The notes beneath the pieces are model-generated. The model did no database searches. It was not told the DNA's origin and was given only the letters and a program-made list of their open reading frames with translations. Below are positions 20,911-30,724 of a stretch of DNA of 64,000 nt, piece by piece. Source of the stretch: Phycisphaerales bacterium (GTDB taxonomy: Bacteria > Planctomycetota > Phycisphaerae > Phycisphaerales > JAGLTS01); NCBI GenBank assembly GCA_023135165.1, contig JAGLTS010000060.1, forward strand, positions 166 to 64,165, given 5' to 3'. The number at the start of each line of letters is the position of its first letter. The first letter of the stretch is position 1. The position numbers and the translations under genes are program-made.

Positions 20911-21876
20911 CTATCTAGCGCCCCGATTCATGCTGCAATGACAGTCCGTACACTGAGCGATCGCCGTCCGGCCCGCCGCGCTGCAAAGAGGTGCCTCCAT
21001 GTCCGCCAACTGGCGTGCCCTCTCTGACAACCAGACCGATTTGAATGACCGGTCTCGCACGTTTCCAAGGATCGCCTCTGGTGCCATGCTACAGGCCAGC
21101 ACATTGAAATCTGCATCGATATCGCATCTGGTAATGCCGGCTAGGCAACCAGGCGCAGACCACCGGGGGACGTCGTCGACTTCTCGCACATAGTCCGCGC
21201 ACCCACTAACGTGTAGGTCGGATGGCAGCCCACTCACCTTCTCCTCGAGAGCATCAAAGAAGTTCTTCAGCTGGATGTCGTCCACGCATAGCTCGTCCGC
21301 TGTTCGTCGATTGTCCCTGAGCTTGGTTGACGGCATTAGGTTCATAAAATGGAAATTCTTGACGCGTGGATAGAATTCATCGATTATCTGACCAGCGACA
21401 GCGATATTGTGCTTGTGGACCACGGCGGCAATCTGAAGATCGACTTCCGTCGACGCCAGCCTCTCGATGGCATTCACTGTTAAATCGGTGCATCCTCGGA
21501 CTGCGTTGTTTATATGTCCCTGTATGGCATCGAGTGATACCTGGACCCTCATATGCAATCGCTTGGAGCTGTATGCTGCCAGACGACGACAAGCGATCTC
21601 ATTGAGAAGAGTTCCGTTTGTCAGGACACTAACCCGCTCGCGAAACTCGAAGATCCCGTCGAGTATGTTGAAGATCTCTGGATGGGTAAACGGCTCGCCG
21701 CCGCCCAACACAATTTCAAACACACCAAGGTCGTGGAGTTCGCGAACTAGCCGGAGCACGTCACTTGTGGGAACATGCTGACCGGTCAGCGGGTGTGCAT
21801 AGCAGTAAACACAGTTGAGGTTGCACTGGCCTGTGATCGAAACGACCGTAATGAACGGGGCACTCAATCGATGCAT
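20911..21876 (-). CDS. Radical SAM enzyme with SPASM/twitch domain (PqqE/MftC-like peptide maturase)
   Basis: CNLNCVYC (CX3CX2C), GGGEP, TNGTL and VSLD, plus C-terminal CLAG..C.ID.D..V.AC and LGNV. Confidence 0.9.
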   Translation of the reverse strand: MHRLSAPFITVVSITGQCNLNCVYCYAHPLTGQHVPTSDVLRLVRELHDLGVFEIVLGGGEPFTHPEIFNILDGIFEFRERVSVLTNGTLLNEIACRRLAAYSSKRLHMRVQVSLDAIQGHINNAVRGCTDLTVNAIERLASTEVDLQIAAVVHKHNIAVAGQIIDEFYPRVKNFHFMNLMPSTKLRDNRRTADELCVDDIQLKNFFDALEEKVSGLPSDLHVSGCADYVREVDDVPRWSAPGCLAGITRCDIDADFNVLACSMAPEAILGNVRDRSFKSVWLSERARQLADMEAPLCSAAGRTAIAQCTDCHCSMNRGAR

Positions 21877-22277
21877 ATGCCGTAAGTCTCCAACTGATCC
21901 AGAAAAGCAACACATGCATCATGATCCAGCCCCAGAGTCGCAGCGGCAGCAAGTGGGGGTTCGTGTGCACTCAACTTCCTAAAGTATGCTGCCCCAGTGT
22001 GATTGAGCCTAAACACGGAGACTCCTGGGTGGTACGCAAGGGCGCCAAAGCTCTCGCGACGTATCACAAATGACTGTGCTGGAATCCTACTGCTCGGAGA
22101 TACTCTCTTGGGGTCGCTGGAAGGACCGTGCCATTGGCAATCGCACCAGGTAGGTCCAGTGTCCTGGTTCCAGTCATGTGACCAGTTTCGCCATTGATCA
22201 CCTCTGCTAGCCGGCGCGAATTCGGCAGTAAGTGATCTGACGAAGATGTCAATCGACGGGGAGGGATTTGCCGTCAT
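21864..22277 (-). CDS. Trp-rich peptide fused to a PqqD/MftB-like RiPP recognition element
   Basis: N-terminal WRNWSHDWNQDTGPTWCDCQW and C-terminal RRESFGALAYHP..FRLNHTGA..FLDQLETYGI. GAGGTG RBS. Overlaps the radical SAM start. Confidence 0.7.
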   Translation of the reverse strand: MTANPSPSIDIFVRSLTAEFAPASRGDQWRNWSHDWNQDTGPTWCDCQWHGPSSDPKRVSPSSRIPAQSFVIRRESFGALAYHPGVSVFRLNHTGAAYFRKLSAHEPPLAAAATLGLDHDACVAFLDQLETYGICID

Positions 22278-22513
22278 GGGATTCACCTCGCTGAAAGCGG
22301 CCTCTACGTGTTGCAAATTCTGCGGTTGATGAAGAACACTCACGCGCCCATACAACCCCCGGCCCAGGCATTGCCAGCATTCACTGGCACACGAATGAGC
22401 ACATCAGGGTGCGTAAGTGAGTCTATCAGCAACAGCAAGAGCGCGTCAAGTGGAAGGTGTGGGCCAGTCCAAGTCGAGGTGGCCTGCCGTCCGCCGAACG
22501 GATGGCCGATGAC

Positions 22514-22669
22514 TCAGGGCTTGACGGCGCCGATGTCGCGGAGCCTCCGCCCGAGTGCGGGACGCTCCATGCTCCCGCCGGAGAACCCGCCATCGTCGTA
22601 GTGGTCAGGCAGGACGATCCAGCCTTCGGCCTTCTGGCTTGCGATGAACGCCTCGGCGCTCTCACGCTG
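22514..22669 (-). pseudogene. Serine recombinase (resolvase domain) fragment
   Basis: Minus strand reads QRESAEAFIASQKAEGWIVLPDHYDDGGFSGGSMERPALGRRLRDI (my translation; not in the ORF track). Confidence 0.75.
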
Positions 22670-24496
22670 ATCGAAGATGCGTTCTTCGATGACGACGGAT
22701 GGGACCTTGAATACAGCATCGACGACCTGAATCGCGTCATCCAGGCGGAGCGAGGCGAGTGGGGAGGATCAAGCATCACGACGACCCACGAGGATGAGGT
22801 CTGGACGCTTGATCAAGTCGGCAACTGGGACATCCACCAACTCGACCTCAACGGCGATGGTGATTTCACCGACGCGGATGAACTCGATGATGATGGCACG
22901 TTCAACGCGGTCAACGAGCTGACCGCACGTGACACCGATGACGATGGCAACGACGACTACACGCTCGTCTACGATGCGGTCGGCAACCTCACCGACGACG
23001 ACGAGAACTACGAGTACATCTACGATGCTTTCGGCCGCCTCGTTGAAATCACTGACCAGAGCCAGGATACGGTCACTGAGTACGCCTACAACGGTCTTGG
23101 CTACCGTATCAGCGTCCACTACGACACCGACATTGACGGGGATGTCGATGCCAACGACGCCACCTACCATCACGTCTATGACACGCACTGGCAGGTCGTG
23201 GGAACCTACCGCAATGACGACGATGACCCGAAGGAGCAGTTCACGCATCACAGCGCTGGGGTCTCCTCCGGCCAAGGCGGATCATCCTACATCGACATGA
23301 TCATCTGCCGTGACAAGGATGCGAACACGGACTGGGATGCCGAGGCCGACGGCACACTTGAGAAGCGCACATATTACTTCCAGAACTACCACGGCGATGT
23401 GGTCGCCCTTCTGACGGATTCCGGCGCACTGGAAGAGCGCGTCTTCTACTCGCCGTACGGCGTCCCGTTCGCGAGCAGAGTCGGTGATGCGGATGCGGAT
23501 GGCGATGTGGATCAGTCCGATCTCGGCATCGTCCTCGCGGCTCTGAGCGGGCCATACAATGCCCGTTGCGACTTCGACCTTGATGGCGATGTTGATCAGT
23601 CCGACCTGGGAATACATCTCGCAACGAGTGGTTCCAGCTTGGGCAGGGGTGTCCTTTCCTCAGACGATGTCCAGAACTTCTTCGGCTACGCCGGCTACCG
23701 ACACGACGAGGCCATCGACGTCATCTGTCACGTCCGGTACCGCGTCTACCTCGCCGAGCTGGGCCGATGGACAAGAAGAGATCCACTTGGGTACGTTGAT
23801 GGAATGAACCTGTATGAGTACGCATGTGACAGCCCATTGGTCAACTATGACCCGTTCGGACTCATGTGCGGACCTGGAATGTGGTGTTATTATGGCTTGG
23901 CTCCTGCTCCAGGTCCCAAGATACCCGGCTGTCCGACGCGACAGCCCTCTGGTCCCGGACTTCTCTACAGGCTAGACGGTTGGTGCTCCGAGGGCAAATC
24001 CAAGTTCCACTGTAACAACCGCTGCTACCGATCCTACGGTAGTGGCACGACATCGGTGGGGCAGCAATGCTGTTATAGCCCGAATGGTAAACTTGATACG
24101 AGGCCGGGCTGCGCGGGTACAATTGACGGTAAAAAGGTACCATTCGGTGAGTACTTCACTGGACGCTGCATGTGGGGTCTCACGGTCGCACACGCTGGTC
24201 GCCGTATCCTCGCACATTATATTGAGGACGTGAGTCCCTATAAGCGCGACCCGAAACGGTATGAAGAGGTACAATGTTGCATCCGTGAGTTCGCTCCAAG
24301 TGGAACCCCTGGTTCGGGCATCACAGAACGTGAGTACCACCAGATCAAGCGATACTGCGAGCGCCAGGTCACGCTCGGGGGAACGTTCTGCAAGACCCCT
24401 CCTATCCTGCCACCAAGACCAGCAAGGCCTCTAGAACGCTGGCCGGGAGAGCGTGAAGGAAGGCCTCGTCCAGGATCACCCGGTCGTATGTGGTAG
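22670..24496 (+). pseudogene. Orphan RHS core plus alternative C-terminal tip (AMOP-like)
   Basis: Close paralogue of RHS segment 6865-8031 in inverted orientation, ending RDPLGYVDG..DPFG followed by a different tip. No credible start codon. Confidence 0.85.
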
Positions 24497-25406
24497 TGCA
24501 CCAGATGGCGAGCCAGGCTGTTGTCTGAAGGAGATTGCCCCCGCCGTGCCCTGTGCCCACGTCACAGATGTGCGGCATTGATTGAACCGCGGTAATCGTT
24601 GTGGACGTGCCGATACGCTACTGGAGAGTGCACGGCCCTCCAGTGTCATCCGTGAGTGCACGCGGATGCTCCCCAGACCCCTCCTGGGACCTGTCGAAGC
24701 AGAAGGATGGTGCATCCGAGAATGAAGACAGGCATGACACAACACGGCCGACCTCTCCTTGCGGATGGACCGTTGCCCCAAGTGCTGAATGCACACGACC
24801 GTTCGTTCCACCGCCCATCGTCGATTGCAGCGGTGGCGTTGTCGGCGGTCCTGCGTTCTGTTCTCCGGTATATAACTCGATCGGCGCGGCGCGATCAGGG
24901 CGATACTTGCTTTGAGCACTTCCGGATTGAGTTGATCGCTGTCGAAGAACCCGTCGTCGACTCCATCCGCGGCCGGTTCTGTCGTCGGGAGGGAGTCAAG
25001 CATGTCCTGCACAAGTCGGCTATCATCTCCGTTCGCTGGCGAGGTGTCGACGGTCTCTGGAGGGCCGCGTGTGTCCACCAAGAGCATGGATTTTTCGCCT
25101 TTGCTGAAGCTGAGGCGTCATCTTCACCGCTATCCTTGTCAGACATTCCGTCGGTGGAGGAGTCGCAGACACTGCTCCAGTCGCGCTCCTCGATGAGGCG
25201 GCCGACGGGCCTTAGAGCTTCACGGAGAACAGAGCGTCCGATCACACGACTGACTCGAATGGAACTCCATGGATGTTAACTCGAGATGCTATCACATCTG
25301 CCACTTCGGATTGGTCTCTTGCAGAGTTGTGTGTCCACGTCGAGGAATGATGTATGGAATGGGTACCTCATGATCATGTGAGTACTACTGAACCGCGAGA
25401 GAACCA

Positions 25407-26516
25407 ATGAGAATCAATCGTAGACGAACTGCCGTGAGTCTGGGCGCCTCTTTCCCTCTCCTGATCGCAGCTATCTTGCTCGCCCGCTGGGGGATCGCCA
25501 GTTGGCAAGAGAGGGCGTTCTTTGGTGCAGCCGAGCGCGGGGACGTAGTGGCCGTGCAGACAGCGCTTGATCGGGGCATAAATGTCAACACTGTGCGTTC
25601 ATACACAGAAGGCTGGACGCGCGGCGAACCGTTGCGCGTGACAGAGACAGCCCTTGAGCTTGCAGCTCGCGAGGGGCAGTTGGAGGTCGTCAGGCTGCTC
25701 CTCGACCATGGCGCGGATCCAAACATCCGATGCACGTTCAATGCGACAGCCTTGACGAGCGCCGCGATGCGCTCCGGACAGGCCGAGATCATTCGACTCC
25801 TGATTGACGCGGGCGCCGATCTCACCGTCGTTGGAGGTAATCCTGCTTTTCCATCTTCCGCGCTGGGATGGGCGGTCGGGAGGTCTGACTACGAGACATT
25901 CCGTGTTCTTTTGCGCGCATCACTGGATCAACGGTGCTTCAAGACGCTTCAGCCCGGCGCTCTGTCAGAGCTGCAGTGGCGGAGCCCGCACTCAATGAAC
26001 CGACGTTTCGCCAAGGGTCTGACAGCGGAGTACCCCGAGGGAACCATTCTGTGGGCAGCGATGCAAGGTGACTCGACATCGCTCCAGCAACTTGTCAGCG
26101 AGGCCGGCGACGTTTCGAGGGTTGGAGATGCGGATGGCTGGACGCCCTTGCATTGGAGTTCGGGTATCGAAGGCAGCCTTACAGATGTTCAGGTGCTCCT
26201 TGCCCACGGCATCGATCCGAACGTAGCAACTGTGCACGGGTATACGCCACTCATGGCGGCGGCGGAGGCAGCAGACACCGAGAAGATTCGGCTCTTGCTG
26301 CAGGCCGGCGCGGATGTCTCGCTGACAGACGAGGATGGCGATACAGCGCTTCACGCTGCTTGCCAGTACGCGCCGATCGAGGCTGTCTCGCTTCTTGTGA
26401 AGGCCGGCGCTGACGGCCGTGTCCACGCAAACGACCAAGTGAGGCCGCTGGATATAGCGAGGGAACGAGCACGAATGGGAGGCACGGACGTTACCGACCT
26501 CGTCAAGGGCCGTTAG
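25407..26516 (+). CDS. Membrane-anchored ankyrin-repeat protein
   Basis: TALELAA, GWTPLHW, GYTPLMAA and GDTALHAA repeats; N-terminal TM segment. Confidence 0.9.
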   Translation: MRINRRRTAVSLGASFPLLIAAILLARWGIASWQERAFFGAAERGDVVAVQTALDRGINVNTVRSYTEGWTRGEPLRVTETALELAAREGQLEVVRLLLDHGADPNIRCTFNATALTSAAMRSGQAEIIRLLIDAGADLTVVGGNPAFPSSALGWAVGRSDYETFRVLLRASLDQRCFKTLQPGALSELQWRSPHSMNRRFAKGLTAEYPEGTILWAAMQGDSTSLQQLVSEAGDVSRVGDADGWTPLHWSSGIEGSLTDVQVLLAHGIDPNVATVHGYTPLMAAAEAADTEKIRLLLQAGADVSLTDEDGDTALHAACQYAPIEAVSLLVKAGADGRVHANDQVRPLDIARERARMGGTDVTDLVKGR

Positions 26517-26680
26517 GACGGGTGTTGTCCCTTGTCCGTGGCGAAAGCACCATCCCATCCTGTCGCAACTCTCCGCATGACGCTAAGTCGCTAGCCAGTC
26601 AGGAGATCTGACGCCGAACGCCGCTTGTTCTCAGAGCACCGTGCCGGGTTCTGGAACGGCTAAACTGGCGTCGTGCTGAC

Positions 26681-27390
26681 TGGTCTGCTCCCCGAAATCT
26701 GATCCAGTAGGTATGAGGGTCGCAACGGCCCTGTTGAGGGGCAAGGAGACTCTCGATCATGAAGCGAAAGCGACACAGCCTTGAACAGATCATCACCAAG
26801 TTGCGTGAGGCGGACGTCATGCTGGCCACGTGCCCCACGATCGCCCAGGTCGGGCAGCGTCTGGAGGTCAGCGAGTCCGCCTGAGGAGGACTCGCGGAAT
26901 CAGTACGGGGGCATGAAGTCGTCCGACGCCAAGCGTCTGAAGGGACTCAAGCAAGAGAACACGCGGCTGAAGAGAGCGGTCGCGGAGTTGACGCTGGACA
27001 AGCAGATCCTCCGGGAGGCGGTGGACTTCCTGGGAAAGGCATGAACCCGGCCCGTCGGCGCGAGACGACGCGGCGCGTGCAGCGGATCGTGCCCACCGTC
27101 TCGCAGCGTCAGGCGTGACGGGTATTGGATCAGCCCCGTTCGACGCAGCGATACGAATCGAAGCGACCCAACAATGAGGAGATGCGTTTCGTGAAACGCA
27201 TGCACGAACTGGTTCGACAACATCCGCGTTACGGCTACCGGCGGATCTGGGCGTTGCTTCGTCTCGATGGTTGGCGTGTGAACCGCAAGCGAGTGCATCG
27301 TCTGTGGAGGCAGGAGCAGTTCGAAGTGCCGAGCGAATGGCACAAAAAGCGTTATCTCGGGTGCAGCGCGAACTCGATTGTCAGACACAT
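26681..27390 (+). mobile_element. Degenerate IS3-family element (left end, broken orfA, truncated orfB)
   Basis: Starts TGGTCTGCTCCCCGAAATCTGATCCAG. Encodes MKRKRHSLEQII, QYGGMK..RLK.L.QEN.RLK and HPRYGYRRIWALLR..VNRKRVHRLW. Confidence 0.85.
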
Positions 27391-27509
27391 ATGGTCAAAC
27401 ACGATATCATGGGTTTGAGCGATTTCGTCGCTAATCAACTCGCTGGAGAGTGGGGTTCGGAGCGCTGGCTCCCTCTTCAGCCAATACGCACGGAGGCACC
27501 ACGCTGGCA

Positions 27510-29267
27510 GTGACTCCAAATGAGTTCTGGCTCGACCTCACCAACTTCCTCAACCTTTTTCCGCATCGAGGGCTGCACCTCATGTGGTTTCTTGGGGCGG
27601 GAGCTTCTGTTGGTGCCGGTCTACCCACCGCAGGAACGCTCACATGGGAGTTCAAGCGAGAGCTGTACTGCAACGCCCAGCGGCTTCCACCGTCTCGATT
27701 CCCCGACCTCCATGAGCCAGGGTTTCAGCGACTCGTTCAGGCGTATTTCGACTCGAAAGCAGGCTTCCCAAAGCTCGGCGACGATGAGGAGTACTCTGCC
27801 TACATTGAGGAGTATTTGCCCGATGAGCGTGACCGTCGCCGCTTCCTGGATTCGAGACTCCAAGGCTGCAAGCCATCCTACGGACACCTTTGCTTTGCAG
27901 CATTGATGAGCCTCGGTCGGATTCGACTGGCTTGGACGACAAACTTTGACCATCTCATCGAGAAGGCGTGTGCGTATCCCGTTATCGAGGAGAAACTGGC
28001 CCGCTCTCTTGCTATCGTTGGGCTGGAGCAGCCGGACAAGGCAGGCGACCTCATCCGTGATGAGGCCTGGCCATTGCTCGTGAAGATGCATGGAGATTTC
28101 CTCTACCGGAAACTCAAGAATACCACGCCCGAGCTTCAATCCCAGGATTCGACTCTCCGACATCACCTCACAGAAGAGTGTGGCAGGTGTGGCCTCGCCG
28201 TTGTCGGCTACAGCGGACGCGATGTCTCGGTCATGAGCACGCTGACCAACGCTCTACAGGCCAAGGCCCCTTTTCCTCACGGGCTATTCTGGTTTGTTCG
28301 TCCTGGCGAGCAGCCGATTGCCGCCGTCCAGAGCCTCATCGTTCAGGCTCAGAGAGCCGGGGCTCAAGCCGTATTCGTAAAGGTGAACACGTTCGACGAG
28401 CTCATGGCGGACCTGTTCCTGCCGCATCAGGATTCCCTCGCTGAGGTCTGCGATCTGGTTAGGGTTGCTAGGCCAGCCAGGCGGGCAATGCCCATCAGTT
28501 ACAGCGCCTCTGCTCCTTGGCCCGTCCTGAGAACTAACGCTCTGCACATCACCACGTATCCCGCCACCTGCACTGTCTTCCAGTCGACGGTGGGCAAGAC
28601 CAGCGAGGTAAAGGCCCTGACGCGCCCGCACTCGGCCGAGATGGTGGCTTTCCGTCGGAGGGTGGGTGTCGTCGCCTTCGGCACACGAGATCGGCTCAGC
28701 GAAGTGTTCGACCAGTTCGACGCCAAGGAATTTGACCGTCACAGCATCGAGGAGCGTCGCCTCCGCTACGACTGCCCCGAACTTGGGCTTCTTTACCACG
28801 CACTCGTGCAGGGGATCGCCAACAAGACGGGTTTGCTCAGATCGCAGAACGCGAAGGGCAGATTCCTTTTCGCCGCGGACACCCAAGCGTTCACGCCTGA
28901 GGAGTTGAGGGTCTTTCGCGGACTAAGGTCAAAAGGCGTCTGGACCCTTCGACCAGGAGTAGTTCTCCATGAGGGATTCGAGCTCTCGCTCGACTTCCGG
29001 GACAACCGCTTCTGGATGCTCTTGGACCCCACCATCGTTGTGACCGCCGACGGCCGAGTCCCGTACAAAGGGACTGACCGCTCGGAGATTGCACGTGAAC
29101 CACTCGTGACACGGTACAACAAGCAAAGGAACGCAACGCTTCAGCTGTGGATTGGGTTTCTGCAAAGGCATTGCGGAACACCTCTCAAAGCAGCGTTTCC
29201 ATCTGACGCCCAACGGGAAGCGGAGTTCACTATCTCGACGGTCACTGCGTATGCGAGGAAGGCATGA
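27510..29267 (+). CDS. SIR2-APAZ NADase of a short prokaryotic Argonaute system (SPARSA-like)
   Basis: FLGAGAS..AGLPT, WTTNFD, KMHGDF and VVGYSGRD sirtuin motifs. Overlaps the pAgo start by ATGA. Confidence 0.88.
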   Translation: MTPNEFWLDLTNFLNLFPHRGLHLMWFLGAGASVGAGLPTAGTLTWEFKRELYCNAQRLPPSRFPDLHEPGFQRLVQAYFDSKAGFPKLGDDEEYSAYIEEYLPDERDRRRFLDSRLQGCKPSYGHLCFAALMSLGRIRLAWTTNFDHLIEKACAYPVIEEKLARSLAIVGLEQPDKAGDLIRDEAWPLLVKMHGDFLYRKLKNTTPELQSQDSTLRHHLTEECGRCGLAVVGYSGRDVSVMSTLTNALQAKAPFPHGLFWFVRPGEQPIAAVQSLIVQAQRAGAQAVFVKVNTFDELMADLFLPHQDSLAEVCDLVRVARPARRAMPISYSASAPWPVLRTNALHITTYPATCTVFQSTVGKTSEVKALTRPHSAEMVAFRRRVGVVAFGTRDRLSEVFDQFDAKEFDRHSIEERRLRYDCPELGLLYHALVQGIANKTGLLRSQNAKGRFLFAADTQAFTPEELRVFRGLRSKGVWTLRPGVVLHEGFELSLDFRDNRFWMLLDPTIVVTADGRVPYKGTDRSEIAREPLVTRYNKQRNATLQLWIGFLQRHCGTPLKAAFPSDAQREAEFTISTVTAYARKA

Positions 29268-30712
29268 GCAACGATAACCAAGACCTTCTTCCAGCATTCG
29301 ACGGGTTGACTGAGCCCACCTTGCTCTTCCATCCTGACCGCGACGGAGATGTGGATGTTCACCCGCTCCGCGGCCTTCAGCAGTTTGGGCCGTACTCCAG
29401 AAGCCATAACTTCATGCTCCGAGATCCTCTTCATGTCGCCGTTCTCTGTCCTGCCGGAGCACTACCGAAGATCGTGCAGTTGTTCAGCGAACTTCGCTCC
29501 ACGCAGCGCCCGCGGGAGCGTCGGCACTACCTTCAGGATTTCGACGGCTTCTCGAAGGTGTTCGGTATCGGTCTCGACTGTCCTCTCCATCCGGAAGACG
29601 AGCGTGTTTGCGAGCTTCCAACCAGCCAACTTGAATCCGCGCTTAAGAGCACTGAGCCACAGCAACAGGTCGCCGAAATGGTCTTGTCTGGCGTACGCCA
29701 CCTCGCCGCCAAGAAGCACCTCTACGACGTGCTCGTGGTTTATCTCCCAAACTGGCTTTCGCTGGCGTTTCGCAGTCCGCCGGAGGACCTCGAAAGCGAT
29801 TTTGATCTCCATGACACTCTCAAGGCCGTATGTGCAGCTCAAGGCGTTCCGGTCCAAGTTCTTAATGACAACGCCCTTACGTACTTCTGCAGATGCAGTG
29901 TCGCATGGAGGCTCTCGCTAGCTATGTATACGAAAGTCGGTGGCGTTCCTTGGAAGCTTGCTGGCTTTGAGAGCCGACACGCCTACGTTGGTCTGTCCTA
30001 CTGCCTCCGCAAGGGCGCTCCAGCTCAGTTCGTGACCTGCTGCAGCCAGATATTCGATGCCGAAGGCACGAATCTCCGGTTCCTCCTGTATGAGAGCCAG
30101 GACGGCCTCTATGAAGGGGACAACCCATACCTTCGTCGTCAAGACATGCGGCGGGTGATGGCTCGGACTATCGACCTGTACCAGAGGCAAAAGGGCGCAC
30201 CGCCGACTCGGTTGGTGGTGCACAAGACCACGCAGTTCCGGCCTGACGAGATTGATGGCTGCGTCGATGCGCTCGGTTCGGTGGACGACTTGGAGCTCTT
30301 GACTGTTTCGGCAAGAACACCGTGGCACGCCATCCGTATTGACGCCCCGAAGACGCGCGGCCCGAAGGGCGTGCCAGCCAATTACCCCGTTGAACGCGGC
30401 ACCGTGCTTCCGCTCGGTGCCTACGAGTACGCCCTCTGGACCCAGGGCAACGCTTCGAGTATCGGCACTGGCAGCTACTTCAAAGAGGGCAAGGGTATTC
30501 CACACCCGCTTCTGGTGACCAGGCATCTCGGAACGGGTGGAACTCATTCGTCTGCCCGCGAGCTACTGGGCCTCACCAAGATGAACTGGAACAACGACTC
30601 CCTCTATGACCGCCTGCCCGTCACGCTGAGCTATGCATCGGTGCTCGCTCGTGTCGTCAAGCGGCTCGGCACGCTGAGTAGCACGCCCTACGACTTCCGT
30701 TTCTTCATGTAG
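29264..30712 (+). CDS. Short prokaryotic Argonaute (MID-PIWI, no intact DEDX tetrad seen)
   Basis: LHDTLKA, YTKVGGVPWKL, RLVVHK..F and LGLTKMNWN..LPVT; ends YDFRFFM. Confidence 0.92.
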   Translation: MSNDNQDLLPAFDGLTEPTLLFHPDRDGDVDVHPLRGLQQFGPYSRSHNFMLRDPLHVAVLCPAGALPKIVQLFSELRSTQRPRERRHYLQDFDGFSKVFGIGLDCPLHPEDERVCELPTSQLESALKSTEPQQQVAEMVLSGVRHLAAKKHLYDVLVVYLPNWLSLAFRSPPEDLESDFDLHDTLKAVCAAQGVPVQVLNDNALTYFCRCSVAWRLSLAMYTKVGGVPWKLAGFESRHAYVGLSYCLRKGAPAQFVTCCSQIFDAEGTNLRFLLYESQDGLYEGDNPYLRRQDMRRVMARTIDLYQRQKGAPPTRLVVHKTTQFRPDEIDGCVDALGSVDDLELLTVSARTPWHAIRIDAPKTRGPKGVPANYPVERGTVLPLGAYEYALWTQGNASSIGTGSYFKEGKGIPHPLLVTRHLGTGGTHSSARELLGLTKMNWNNDSLYDRLPVTLSYASVLARVVKRLGTLSSTPYDFRFFM

Positions 30713-30724
30713 GCAGGAGTAGCG

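Larger units (their letters stand above)
6865..23860. repeat. ~1.17 kb inverted repeat pair (RHS cores at 6865-8031 and ~22696-23860)
   Basis: Proteins are near-identical; 63 bp are perfectly identical (7730-7792 versus 22936-22998). Confidence 0.85.

Noticed and set aside
20911..22277. Mycofactocin (mftABC) or PQQ cluster
   Set aside because: The RRE and radical SAM are similar, but there is no IDGxCGVY or ExxxY precursor and no other pathway genes.
22457..22669. N-terminus of the 679-aa RHS ORF
   Set aside because: It is the antisense of a recombinase fragment that happens to be open; it is not RHS sequence.
24497..25400. Immunity gene directly after the orphan RHS tip
   Set aside because: The overlapping ORFs here lack convincing starts, motifs or codon bias.
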